64,000 nucleotides of DNA, from positions 608,001 through 672,000 of the forward strand of contig CAWHAA010000005.1 of the NCBI GenBank assembly GCA_963827275.1, read 5' to 3'. Both the position numbers and the translations under genes were made by a program. How positions within the stretch are numbered: the first letter of the stretch is position 1; each line of letters opens with the position of its first letter. Positions 21,922 through 31,166 of this stretch are shown piece after piece. The stretch is from an uncultured Spirochaetota bacterium. Its GTDB lineage: Bacteria; Spirochaetota; UBA4802; UBA5550. Below the pieces are notes generated by a model. It had not been told where the DNA came from and searched no databases. It was given only the letters and a program-made list of their open reading frames with translations.

Positions 21922-23535
21922 TTATTCTTCCAGTATCAGCGCTTCATACGGTTCGATTTCAATCACGCTGCCCGGGTCCCCGCTCCTCCCGGCGGCGCTT
22001 GAGAGCACCACGCCCCCCGGCCGGAACCCATCAATGCGGAGCACCCTCTTTCTGCAGGAAAAATTCAGCGCCACGAGCAGGCACTCTCCGTCCCCTTCCC
22101 TGAAGAATGTCAGCACCTCCGGGTCCCCGCCGACAAACCGGAGGGAGCCGCGCTGGAGCGCCGGCCGCTTCTTTCGAAGCGCGATCAGCTCACGGTAGAA
22201 GCAGAGGAGGGAGCCCGGTTCGCCCATCTGCGCCGCGACATTCGCTTCCCGATAGTTATCGGTGACCGGGAGCCATGGATCAGAAAGGGAAAAGCCGGCA
22301 TTGGGCCCCGCCGACCACTGCATCGGCGTGCGCTCCGGGTCGCGCCCTCTATAGAAAGGCCAGTACTTCTTCCCGACCGGGTCCTGTATCCTGCGGCGTG
22401 GCACGCGCCCGTTCTTCATGCCGATCTCCTCGCCGTAGTAGAGAAATGGCGTGCCGCGCGCCGTGAAGAGCAGGGCCGCAAGCACCTTCGCTTTTTTCAC
22501 CCCGTACCTGTCGCGGCACCACCGGGTCATGCTGCGCGGCTGGTCGTGGTTATTGAGCACAAGGCTCGGCCATCCCCCGGCCGGGATCGCGGCGTACCAG
22601 CGCAGGAGACACTCGCGGAAGCGGGCCGCGCCGTACTTCGAAAAGAGGAGTGAAAAGTCAAACGCGAGGTGCAGCTCATCCGTGCCGCTGCCAAGGTACG
22701 ACGCGGCTGTCTTCACGCCGCCCGGCGACGCTTCGTAGGTCTCTCCAACCATCATGCGATTATCATACTCGTCCAGAACCTTCCGCAGCTCCCGCAGCAC
22801 GCCGTGGGTCTCCGGCCTGTTCTGGTCATACACGTGCTTCTGTAAATCGTAGGGCCGGGGTGCGTTGGGGCCCCAGCCGAACGGGTTGCTGCGGAACCGG
22901 TCGTCCTTGACGAGCCAGACGACCGCGTCGAGGCGGAAGCCGTCAACGCCCCGGTCGAGCCAGTAGCGTATCTCGCCGAACACCGCGTCGCGGAGCGCCG
23001 GGGTGCGCCAGTTCAGGTCAGGCTGCTCCTTCAAGAATGAATGAAGATAATACTGCCGGGTCGTATCGTCCCATTCCCACGCCCTGCCGCCGAAGGCCGC
23101 CATCCAGTTGTTGGGCGGCCTCCCCCTTTTCCCGTCATGCCAGATGTACCAGTCCCGCCTGGGATTGTCCCGCGAAGCACGGGACTCGACAAACCAGGGG
23201 TGCAGGTGCGACGTGTGGTTGATCACCAGGTCCATGACGATCTTTATCCCGCGCCGGTGCCCTTCGCGTATCAGGCGGTCAAAATCCTCATCGGTCCCGA
23301 ACACCGGGTCGATGCCGCGGTAATCGGAGATGTCGTATCCGAAGTCGAACATGGGAGAGGTGTTGATCGGCGAAAGCCAGATCGCGTCGATCCCGAGCCA
23401 TGACAGGTAATCGAGCTTTTCAATAATACCGGGGAGATCGCCCACACCGTCGCCGCTGGCGTCATAAAAGCTCCTCGGATAGATCTGGTAGATGGTGCCG
23501 TGCTTCCACCAGGTGAATTCGCCTGAATGCCGCAT
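21922..23535 (-). CDS. GH13 alpha-glucosidase / oligo-1,6-glucosidase; start may be 23589
   Basis: YQIYPRSF, GYDISDY, DLVINHTS, QPDLNW, GVDGFRLD, NNHDQPR, RDPERTPMQW. Confidence 0.93.
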   Translation of the reverse strand: MRHSGEFTWWKHGTIYQIYPRSFYDASGDGVGDLPGIIEKLDYLSWLGIDAIWLSPINTSPMFDFGYDISDYRGIDPVFGTDEDFDRLIREGHRRGIKIVMDLVINHTSHLHPWFVESRASRDNPRRDWYIWHDGKRGRPPNNWMAAFGGRAWEWDDTTRQYYLHSFLKEQPDLNWRTPALRDAVFGEIRYWLDRGVDGFRLDAVVWLVKDDRFRSNPFGWGPNAPRPYDLQKHVYDQNRPETHGVLRELRKVLDEYDNRMMVGETYEASPGGVKTAASYLGSGTDELHLAFDFSLLFSKYGAARFRECLLRWYAAIPAGGWPSLVLNNHDQPRSMTRWCRDRYGVKKAKVLAALLFTARGTPFLYYGEEIGMKNGRVPRRRIQDPVGKKYWPFYRGRDPERTPMQWSAGPNAGFSLSDPWLPVTDNYREANVAAQMGEPGSLLCFYRELIALRKKRPALQRGSLRFVGGDPEVLTFFREGDGECLLVALNFSCRKRVLRIDGFRPGGVVLSSAAGRSGDPGSVIEIEPYEALILEE

Positions 23536-23776
23536 ACTCTGACCCCCGGACATGTTTGGTGTACCATACGTTGAATCTCTTCCCTTCATCTATAACCATG
23601 CATCACATCGGCTCACCGGGTATATATTTCATGTGTGATAGCATGGAAAACGGGCAAATGCAATACTAATTTGCCTGAAAAATCATCAAAATCTCTTAAA
23701 AAAACCCTGTATATCCCGTGTAAAAAAATTATCACCCGCACGGAAAAGATTTACCAGAATTATACCCTAACCCTAA

Positions 23777-23940
23777 GGGGGTCAGAGTAACCATGCCACC
23801 GATAACTATCGCCCCAACAGGGATCAGAGCAGCCATTCCACCGATAACTATCGCCCCAACAGGGATCAGCGCAACCATGCCACCGATAACTATCGGCCCA
23901 ACAGAGGCCAGAGCAGCCATGCCACCGATAACTATCGGGC
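23777..23940 (+). repeat. Four-unit 42-bp tandem array of the A+B composite repeat
   Basis: GATAACTATC at 23801, 23843, 23885 and 23927; first unit starts GGGGGTCAGAGTAA. Confidence 0.95.
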
Positions 23941-24041
23941 TGAAGCATGATCACTGCCAGCAATGTCAGAAAATTTTTTATCATCCGCCTCCCCTGTTCG
24001 TATACACAATAGCACCAAACCAGAAGCCAGAGGCTATTCCA

Positions 24042-24538
24042 ATGAATGAAATTATACCGGCCGAGACGATTATGCAAAAAATTTATATTATCAGGGGCAA
24101 GAAGGTGATGATAGACAGGGACCTTGCCGGGTTGTATGATATTGAGACAAAGCGGCTCAAAGAGCAGGTTAAACGAAACATCAACAGGTTCCCGGAAGAC
24201 TTCATGTTTGAACTGAGTTATAATGAGTTTGAGCACTTGAGGTCGCATATTGCGACCTCAAGATGGGGCGGCACGCGATATGCTCCCATGGCCTTTACTG
24301 AACAGGGGGTCGCCATGCTTTCGAGCGTTTTGAATAGTCCGCGCGCCATTCAGGTTAACATTCAGATTATCAGGGCTTTCGTGCATCTCCGCCGGATGAT
24401 CTCCTCCAGCGACGATCTACGAAAGAAAATCGAAGAAATGGAAAAGAGATACGACAAACAGTTCAAGATTGTTTTTGATGCGCTGCGGGAATTGCTCAGG
24501 GATGAACCAAATCCAAAAAAAGAAGATCGGGTTTTAGC
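24042..24538 (+). CDS. ORF6N (KilA-N-like) DNA-binding protein; probable extra A near 24515
   Basis: IRGKKVMIDRDLAGLY, VKRNINRFPEDFMF, AFTEQGVAMLSSVL; removing one A restores the typical KKIGF-stop end. Confidence 0.88.
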
Positions 24539-24544
24539 GAGCGG

Positions 24545-25669
24545 CTACAGCGCATGCTTGCGTGCGAAGGCGATCCTCTTTTTTATCGAGGGGTGACTGT
24601 AGAACATGAACTCGGTCACCGGGTTCGGGTCACGGTCCGCGAGGTTCATCTCGGCCAGCTTTTCCATGGTCGAGATAAAGGCGTCCCGGTCGCGCGTGGC
24701 ATCGAGCGCGTAGCGGTCCGCTTCCCGCTCGTACCTGCGCGACAGGGCGTTCGAGAGGGGCATGGTGACCAGGCTGAAAAGGGTCAGGTAGAAAAGCAGC
24801 ACGGGGATGGCGGCGACATCATACACGTGCGTGTAGCCGAGGTACCCGAGGGTGTAGCGGTAGAGCTCGCCGCACAGGAAAAAAGAGAGGAAGATGCTGG
24901 CGCTCCCCAGCACGATAGACTTCACGATGTGCCGCTTCCGGTAGTGCCCCATCTCGTGGGCAAAGACCACGGCGATCTCATCCGGCGTGAAGCGCTCGAT
25001 CAGGGTGTCGCTCAGTATGATCCGCTTGCTCCTGCCGATGCCCGTGAATCCCGCGTTGGCCTTTTTCGTGTCCTTGCTCAGGTTGAACGAGTAGATCCCG
25101 CTGATGCTGATGCCCTGGCCCTCGAGCAGGCGCTCGATCCGGTCCCGTATCCCGTCCGATTCGAGGGGGCGGAACTTGTAGAAGATGGGGAATATGACCA
25201 CCGGGGCGATCCGGGCCATGAACACGGAGATGAAGAAAATGAACACGCTGAACCAGAGCCACCAGAGCCAGCCGGTCATCTTTAAGAATACATAAAATAC
25301 CACCGCGACCGGCAGACCAATGACTACGCTTATCGCCGCCCCCTTGATCTTCTCGATGAGCCAGGCGGCCACGGTCTGGTTCGAGAGTCCGAACCGGTGC
25401 TCCACGATGTAACCGCCGTAAAAATCGAAAGGGAAATCGATGAGTGAATAGAGGGCGCCGGTAACCGCGACGAAGCCGAGGAAGACCAGGTAATCATTGG
25501 CGACAACCCCGGACACGGCCCCGGCGATCAGGGGGGAGATCCCGCTGAAGGCCAGGAGCGCTATGATGACGATATTGAGCAGTATCCCGGCTATGGAAAG
25601 GCGCAGCTTGATTGTATTATACGCTTTTTCGCGGGGATGTTTTATTGTTTCTTCGGAGGGTTCAACCAT
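24545..25669 (-). CDS. M48 (Ste24-like) zinc metallopeptidase
   Basis: ANAGFTG, HEMGH, SRRYEREAD, YSHPS; start placed after the GGAG RBS. Confidence 0.92.
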   Translation of the reverse strand: MVEPSEETIKHPREKAYNTIKLRLSIAGILLNIVIIALLAFSGISPLIAGAVSGVVANDYLVFLGFVAVTGALYSLIDFPFDFYGGYIVEHRFGLSNQTVAAWLIEKIKGAAISVVIGLPVAVVFYVFLKMTGWLWWLWFSVFIFFISVFMARIAPVVIFPIFYKFRPLESDGIRDRIERLLEGQGISISGIYSFNLSKDTKKANAGFTGIGRSKRIILSDTLIERFTPDEIAVVFAHEMGHYRKRHIVKSIVLGSASIFLSFFLCGELYRYTLGYLGYTHVYDVAAIPVLLFYLTLFSLVTMPLSNALSRRYEREADRYALDATRDRDAFISTMEKLAEMNLADRDPNPVTEFMFYSHPSIKKRIAFARKHAL

Positions 25670-25688
25670 TAAAGGGCTCCAGATATTC

Positions 25689-25720
25689 ATAAAGGCGGGG
25701 TCACGTGACCCCGCCTTTAT
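25689..25720. terminator. Perfect 32-bp palindrome; probable terminator or REP-like element
   Basis: ATAAAGGCGGGGTCACGTGACCCCGCCTTTAT is its own reverse complement; lies right after the iorB stop. Confidence 0.7.
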
Positions 25721-25721
25721 A

Positions 25722-26301
25722 TTACGCCGTTGCCTTATACTCCCTGCCCATGCTGAAGGCCTTGAGGTTCATGTCGAGGAACTTCTCCTTGACCAGGGAC
25801 CTGATGGCCGCCTCCCACTGCTCCTCGGTAAACTCGAGGTCTTTCGAAAGGATGCCGAGCATGACGATGTTCAGCGCCTTTTTGGTGCCGATCTCTTTCA
25901 AAATCGGCCCGGTGTCGACAAAGACGGCCTTCTTCACGTTCTTCCCGACCCACTCCTCAATGTCGGACGGATATTTCATCGTCCCGGTCTCGCACCGGCG
26001 CCGGATTGACCTGCTCGCGGTTGACGATCAGCTTTCCGTCGGGGGCGAGGTAGTCGAGCTTCCTCAGCACTTCCAGGGTCTCCAGGCTCACGATGAAATC
26101 GGCCTCCTCCCTCGGGATGAGCGGGGAATAGACCTTCTCCCCGTACCGGACGTTGCAGTCAACGCTGCCGCCCCGCTGCGCCATGCCGTGCACCTCTGAT
26201 TCCTTCACGTCGTACCCGGCGTTCATGGCCACTTCCATCAGTATCTTGCTGGCCAGGATGACGCCCTGGCCGCCGACCCCGGCGAATATCACGTTCTTCA
26301 T
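25722..26301 (-). CDS. iorB: Indolepyruvate:ferredoxin oxidoreductase beta subunit; frameshift near 25992
   Basis: GVGGQGVILAS, SEVHGMAQRGGSV, NIVMLG; the two halves join by removing one C. Confidence 0.9.
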
Positions 26302-26311
26302 GCCCTGCTCC

Positions 26312-27874
26312 TTACTTCATCAGAATGCATTTTCTCTTCGATATGATGACCGACGGCTCGGGCGCGGCCACCTCTTCGCGTACGATGCGCTCGAACTCGT
26401 CCATGTCCTTCGGGTCGGTCACCACGACCCGCTTCACGCCGCAGGCCCTGACCAGCATTTCGAGGTCGAGCGCGTGGGTCTCTTCTCCCATCAGGGTCTT
26501 TCCCGTGGCAGGGTGGTCCTGGTGGCCGGTCATCGCCGTCCCCCGGTTGTCCAGGATGATGACCGTGCCGGTCCCCCGGTTATAGACCAGGTCGATGAGG
26601 GGGGTGATGCCGGAATGGACGAAGGTTGAATCGCCGATGACGGCCACGCTTCTGCGCGCCATTTCCGGGCCGTGCGCCTTCTCCATGCCGAGGTGCATGC
26701 CGATGCCGGCGCCCATGCACCCCTGGGTGTGCATCGCCGAATAGGGCGGGAGGGCCGCCAGGGTATAACAGCCGATGTCGCCGTTCACGTGCAGGTCGAG
26801 CTTCCCGAGCACCGTGAACACGAAGCCGTGCGGGCACCCCTTGCAGAGCGCCGGCGGCCGCGGCGGGATCGGCTCGGACTCGTATTTCGCGTATTTACCC
26901 GGGTGCGCCCTGCCGTTCAGCGCCTGGTCAACGATCTCCGGCGAGAGCTCGAAGCATATCGGGATGATCTCCTTGCCGGTGCAGGGGATACCGAGGGCCT
27001 TGACATAGTCCTCGATGAACGGGTCAAGCTCCTCCACCACGTACAGCTCCTTGACGCCTGCCGCGAACTCGCGGATCAGCTCGTCGGGCATCGGCCACAC
27101 CATGCCGATCTTGAGCACGGAGTCGTCCGGGCAGGTCTCCTTCACGTACTGGTAGGCCACGCCGTCGGTGATGATGCCCCGCTTCCTGCTCTTGCCCCAC
27201 TCGATGCGGTTGAGCCCGCTCGTGTTGGAATACTCCTTCAGCTTCTTCTGCTGTTCCTCGATGAACACGTGGCGCGGCCGCGCATGCACCGGCAGCATTA
27301 CGTATTTCTTGAAATTGCGTTCAAAGGGCTTCACCGGCACGTTTTGTTTCGGTTCGATCTCCACGATTCCCTGCGAGTGGGCGATCCGCGTGGTGATCCG
27401 GACGATCACCGGCCTGTCGAATTTCTCCGAAATATCGAACGCGAGCTTCGTGAAGTCCTTGCACTCCTGGGGGCTCGACGGCTCGACCATGGGCACTTTC
27501 GCGGCGCGCGCAATGTGCCGGTTGTCCTGTTCGTTCTGCGAGCTCCACGCGCTCGGGTCGTCGGCGTTGATGATGACGAAGCCGCCGTTCACGCCGGTGT
27601 AGGAAAAGGTAAAGAGCGGGTCCGCCGCAACGTTCAGTCCGACGTGCTTCATGGCCGCCAGCGCCCTCGCCCCGGCGACCGAGGCGCCCGCCGCCACCTC
27701 GAGGGCCACCTTCTCGTTGGGCGACCACTGCGACTTGATGTCGCGGTACTCCCGCGCGATGGTTTCCAGGATCTCGGTGCTCGGCGTTCCGGGATACGCG
27801 GTGGCAACATGGCACCCGGCCTCGTACGCTCCCCGCGCGATGGCCTCGTTGCCCAGCAGAACCTTCTTTTCCAT
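26312..27874 (-). CDS. iorA: Indolepyruvate:ferredoxin oxidoreductase alpha subunit, without a C-terminal ferredoxin domain
   Basis: LLGNEAIARG, YPGTPSTEI, MKHVGLNVAAD, RPPALCKGCPH, GDIGCY, IGDSTF.HSG. Confidence 0.95.
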   Translation of the reverse strand: MEKKVLLGNEAIARGAYEAGCHVATAYPGTPSTEILETIAREYRDIKSQWSPNEKVALEVAAGASVAGARALAAMKHVGLNVAADPLFTFSYTGVNGGFVIINADDPSAWSSQNEQDNRHIARAAKVPMVEPSSPQECKDFTKLAFDISEKFDRPVIVRITTRIAHSQGIVEIEPKQNVPVKPFERNFKKYVMLPVHARPRHVFIEEQQKKLKEYSNTSGLNRIEWGKSRKRGIITDGVAYQYVKETCPDDSVLKIGMVWPMPDELIREFAAGVKELYVVEELDPFIEDYVKALGIPCTGKEIIPICFELSPEIVDQALNGRAHPGKYAKYESEPIPPRPPALCKGCPHGFVFTVLGKLDLHVNGDIGCYTLAALPPYSAMHTQGCMGAGIGMHLGMEKAHGPEMARRSVAVIGDSTFVHSGITPLIDLVYNRGTGTVIILDNRGTAMTGHQDHPATGKTLMGEETHALDLEMLVRACGVKRVVVTDPKDMDEFERIVREEVAAPEPSVIISKRKCILMK

Positions 27875-27875
27875 G

Positions 27876-28307
27876 TTATTCCCCTATAATATCTATCTTC
27901 TTAACGATCTGGTACCCTTCCTGCATCAGGGCCTTTTTTGCCGCCTCGATGTCATCGAAGCGGAAAATCATGACCGCCCTGTCGCCGCGCTTCTCCGTGA
28001 AGGCATACATGTACTCTATGTTGAGCCCCTTCTTGGAGAAGGCCTCGATGGCGCGGAGGAGCGAGCCCGGGGTATCGTCGATCTCTACGGCGAGGACCTC
28101 CGTGGTGGAGCAGGTGAAGTGCGATTCGTTCAGCGCCTTTTTCGCCTTGTCCGCGTCGTTCACGATCATCCGGAGTATGCCGAAATCAGAGGTCTCGGCA
28201 ATGGTCAGGGTAATGATATTGATATTCGCATCGGCAAGTTTTTTCAATACGCCCTGCAGATGCCCCGGTTTGTTTTCCATGAATACTGAGAGTTGTGTTA
28301 CGTTCAT
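27876..28307 (-). CDS. Tandem ACT-domain protein
   Basis: QLSVFMENKPG, ETSDFGILR, NIEYMYAF. Confidence 0.92.
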   Translation of the reverse strand: MNVTQLSVFMENKPGHLQGVLKKLADANINIITLTIAETSDFGILRMIVNDADKAKKALNESHFTCSTTEVLAVEIDDTPGSLLRAIEAFSKKGLNIEYMYAFTEKRGDRAVMIFRFDDIEAAKKALMQEGYQIVKKIDIIGE

Positions 28308-28319
28308 TGTATGCCTCCG

Positions 28320-29624
28320 TTATATCTTTCTTCTATCGACAACCCGCACCGCTTTCCCCTCGCTCCGTGCGATGGTCATGGGCTCCACCAGCGTGATCTT
28401 CGCCGAAATGCCCAGGACGCTCCGGAAGCGGTCGCTGATCTTCTTCCTCAGATTATCGAGCACCTTCACCTCGTCGGAGAAGAGCTTTTCGCTGACTTCG
28501 ACCATGACCTCGACGTCGTCCATGGCCGCCTTGCGGTCCAGGATGATCTGGTAGTGCGGCTCGGTCCCCTCGACCTCCATGAGCACGTTCTCGATCTGGG
28601 ACGGGAACACGTTGACGCCGCGGATGATGAGCATGTCGTCGGACCTGCCGGTGACCTTCTCCATCTTGACCAGCGTCCTTCCGCACTTGCAGCTGTCGCG
28701 GTAGAGGCGGGTGATGTCGCGCGACCGGTACCGGATGCCGGGAAAGGCCTCCTTGGTAATCGTCGTGTAAACGATCTCGCCCTTCTCTCCCTCGGGGAGG
28801 ATGTCGCCGGTCTCGGGGTCGATGACCTCCACGTAGAAGTGGTCCTCATGCACGTGGAGGCCCGACTTCTCCTGGCACTCGCCCGATACGCCCGGGCCCA
28901 TGACTTCGGAAAGTCCGTAGATGTCGTAGGCCTGGATGCCGAGACGCGTCTCGATCTCCTTCCGCATCGCTTCCGACCATGGCTCGGCGCCGAGTATGCC
29001 GGCCCTGAGTTTTGTCTTGCGCATGTCGTAATCGGGCCGTTTCTTTTCGATGTAATCGGCTATGTTAAGCAGGTACGAGGGCGTGCACGCGATCATGGTC
29101 GTACCGAAGTCCTTGATCAGCATGAGCTGGCGCTCGGTGTTGCCGCCGGAGATCGGCACGGTCAGCGCGCCGAGCTTCTCAGATCCGTAGTGGAGCCCGA
29201 GGCCCCCGGTGAAGAGCCCGTACCCGTACGCGACCTGGATCACGTCCTTCTCCGTGGCGCCGTAGCCGACCAGGCACCGCGCCACGACCTCGGCAAACAC
29301 CTCCACGTCATTTTTGGTCAACCCCACTACCGTGGCGTTGCCGGTGGTGCCGGAGGACGAATGGACGCGGACGACCTTGTCCATCGGCACCGCGAACAGC
29401 CCGAAGGGGTAGTTGTTCCGCATGTCCTGCTTCGTGAGGAAGGGGACGCGCTTCATGTCGTCAAGCGATTTGAACTGGTCCGGGTGGAAGCCGGCATCGT
29501 CGAATTTCTTATGGTAGAACGCGTTGTTCTTGTACGCGTGGCCGATAGACCACTTGAGCCGCTCGAGCTGGAGCTCGCGCATCTTCTTTAATGGCATTGT
29601 TTCAATTTCTTTGTTAAAATACAT
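28320..29624 (-). CDS. paaK: Phenylacetate-CoA ligase
   Basis: HSSSGTTG, YGYGLFTGGLG, CTPSY, GAEPW, DIYGLSE, GRSDDMLIIRGVNVFPSQIE. Confidence 0.95.
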   Translation of the reverse strand: MYFNKEIETMPLKKMRELQLERLKWSIGHAYKNNAFYHKKFDDAGFHPDQFKSLDDMKRVPFLTKQDMRNNYPFGLFAVPMDKVVRVHSSSGTTGNATVVGLTKNDVEVFAEVVARCLVGYGATEKDVIQVAYGYGLFTGGLGLHYGSEKLGALTVPISGGNTERQLMLIKDFGTTMIACTPSYLLNIADYIEKKRPDYDMRKTKLRAGILGAEPWSEAMRKEIETRLGIQAYDIYGLSEVMGPGVSGECQEKSGLHVHEDHFYVEVIDPETGDILPEGEKGEIVYTTITKEAFPGIRYRSRDITRLYRDSCKCGRTLVKMEKVTGRSDDMLIIRGVNVFPSQIENVLMEVEGTEPHYQIILDRKAAMDDVEVMVEVSEKLFSDEVKVLDNLRKKISDRFRSVLGISAKITLVEPMTIARSEGKAVRVVDRRKI

Positions 29625-29918
29625 CGATACCCCCTCGAAGTTCTGCGTTATGTCTCACTGCCGCTATTTTTTATGACTTTTGGGCACCATTCCCTGCCCG
29701 CGGCACAGATCAACCTTATGGAGGGGCATGCTTTTTTCAAGGAAAAAATTTGTATATATGCGACCGCACGGCATAATACGGAAAAATCAGCTTGCTATTT
29801 TTTCTGACGCTGGCACGATACAAACTCGTACCCTTCCACTTCCATCTGTCATATTGAACTCTCAAGGCCCGGAACCTGTTTGTATCCGGAGCCACCTATG
29901 TATTGAAGGAGGCATTCC

Positions 29919-31118
29919 ATGAGCCAGGTATTTGAGAATTCTTCAATCGGGCCAATCAAGATGAAAAACAGGATCCTCAGGTCCGCCACGCATGAAGGCC
30001 TATCCGATGAAATGGGGGGCCCCCTTCCCGATCTTGCCGCGATGTATGAAGGCCTTGCCCGCGGCGGGGCCGGTGCGATAATTACCGGCTATTTCGGGGT
30101 GCAGGCAAACGGAAGAACAATGAAGAACATGAAGATGATCGACCGCGACGATTTCAACGAATCGTACAAGAACATCAATGCCATGGCCGGAAAGCACGGG
30201 GTCCCCATCATAGCCCAGATCGCCCATGGCGGCGGGCAGGTAAGCAAAGACGTCAACCGCAAAGAAGCCGTTGCACCCTCCGCGATCAAGTATCCGCTTT
30301 TCGGCAGGACCGCCCGTGAATTGACCGAGCCGGAGATTGATGAAATTATCCAGAGCTTCGTGGCTGCCACGGTGCGCGCCCAAAAGGCCGGCTTTGCTGG
30401 CGTCCAGATCCATGCCGCAAGCGGATGGCTTCTATCATCGTTCCTGTCACCGGCAATGAACCGGCGTACGGACCGATGGGGCGGCACCACTGAAAACAGG
30501 TTCAGGATCATGGCGGAAATTATCGACCGCGCCAGGGACAGCGTCGGGAGCTATCCTATTCTCGTGAAATTCAGCGCCTATGACTTCGACAAGGGCGGCA
30601 TACGGATTGAGGAAGGCATACGAATCGCTGAACTTCTTCAAAAATCGGGATATGATGCCATAGAAACGACCTGCGGGGGAAGTGCTGACGGCATGACCGG
30701 CGTGAGGGCCGCACATTTGCCGATAGAGGCATACCTCAACCTTATCCCCTGGTTTAAAGCCATGCCGCCGGTAAAAAAAATCATGTTCCGCCTGATGGCC
30801 CCCTTCGTCATAAAACAGCATGCGCCCCTTTTCAATTACAACGTGGACGCCGCTGCCGAAATAAGGAAGCGTGTCGATGTGCCGGTGATTGCCGTGGGAG
30901 GAATACACAGGTTGAAGGATATCGAGTCGATCATCAGTGAAAAAAAGGCTGACTATGTTGCCCTGAGCCGCCCTTTCATCATTGAACCCGATATCGTGAA
31001 TAAATTCAGAAGCGGCGCGCAGGCGGAATCACGGTGCATCAACTGCGGGTTCTGCCTTATCGGTTCGGTTTCCAAACCGGTCCGCTGTTACCACGGCACA
31101 ATTCCGAAACAATCATGA
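29919..31118 (+). CDS. NADH:flavin oxidoreductase (OYE family)
   Basis: NRILRSATHE, AGFAGVQIHAA.G.LLSSFLSP..N.RTD.WGG, C-terminal CINC..C. Confidence 0.9.
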   Translation: MSQVFENSSIGPIKMKNRILRSATHEGLSDEMGGPLPDLAAMYEGLARGGAGAIITGYFGVQANGRTMKNMKMIDRDDFNESYKNINAMAGKHGVPIIAQIAHGGGQVSKDVNRKEAVAPSAIKYPLFGRTARELTEPEIDEIIQSFVAATVRAQKAGFAGVQIHAASGWLLSSFLSPAMNRRTDRWGGTTENRFRIMAEIIDRARDSVGSYPILVKFSAYDFDKGGIRIEEGIRIAELLQKSGYDAIETTCGGSADGMTGVRAAHLPIEAYLNLIPWFKAMPPVKKIMFRLMAPFVIKQHAPLFNYNVDAAAEIRKRVDVPVIAVGGIHRLKDIESIISEKKADYVALSRPFIIEPDIVNKFRSGAQAESRCINCGFCLIGSVSKPVRCYHGTIPKQS

Positions 31119-31166
31119 GCGGAACGGCCGGAGACGGACACTACCGCCTCCGGGTTACCCGAGGGC

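Noticed and set aside
23777..23940. 42-bp array as a CRISPR array
   Set aside because: The segments between the cores are variants of one another rather than unique spacers, the period is too short, and there are no cas genes in the window.
23793..24041. N-terminal MPPITIAPTGIRAA repeat extension of the ORF6N protein
   Set aside because: It is an in-frame by-product of a 42-bp DNA repeat; the ORF6N domain has its own GAGG RBS and ATG at 24042.
24042..24538. ORF6N gene as evidence of a prophage
   Set aside because: It is solitary, with no phage structural, integrase or replication genes nearby.
25722..29624. paaK-ACT-iorAB as a novel cluster
   Set aside because: This is a well-known arrangement in anaerobic bacteria and archaea.
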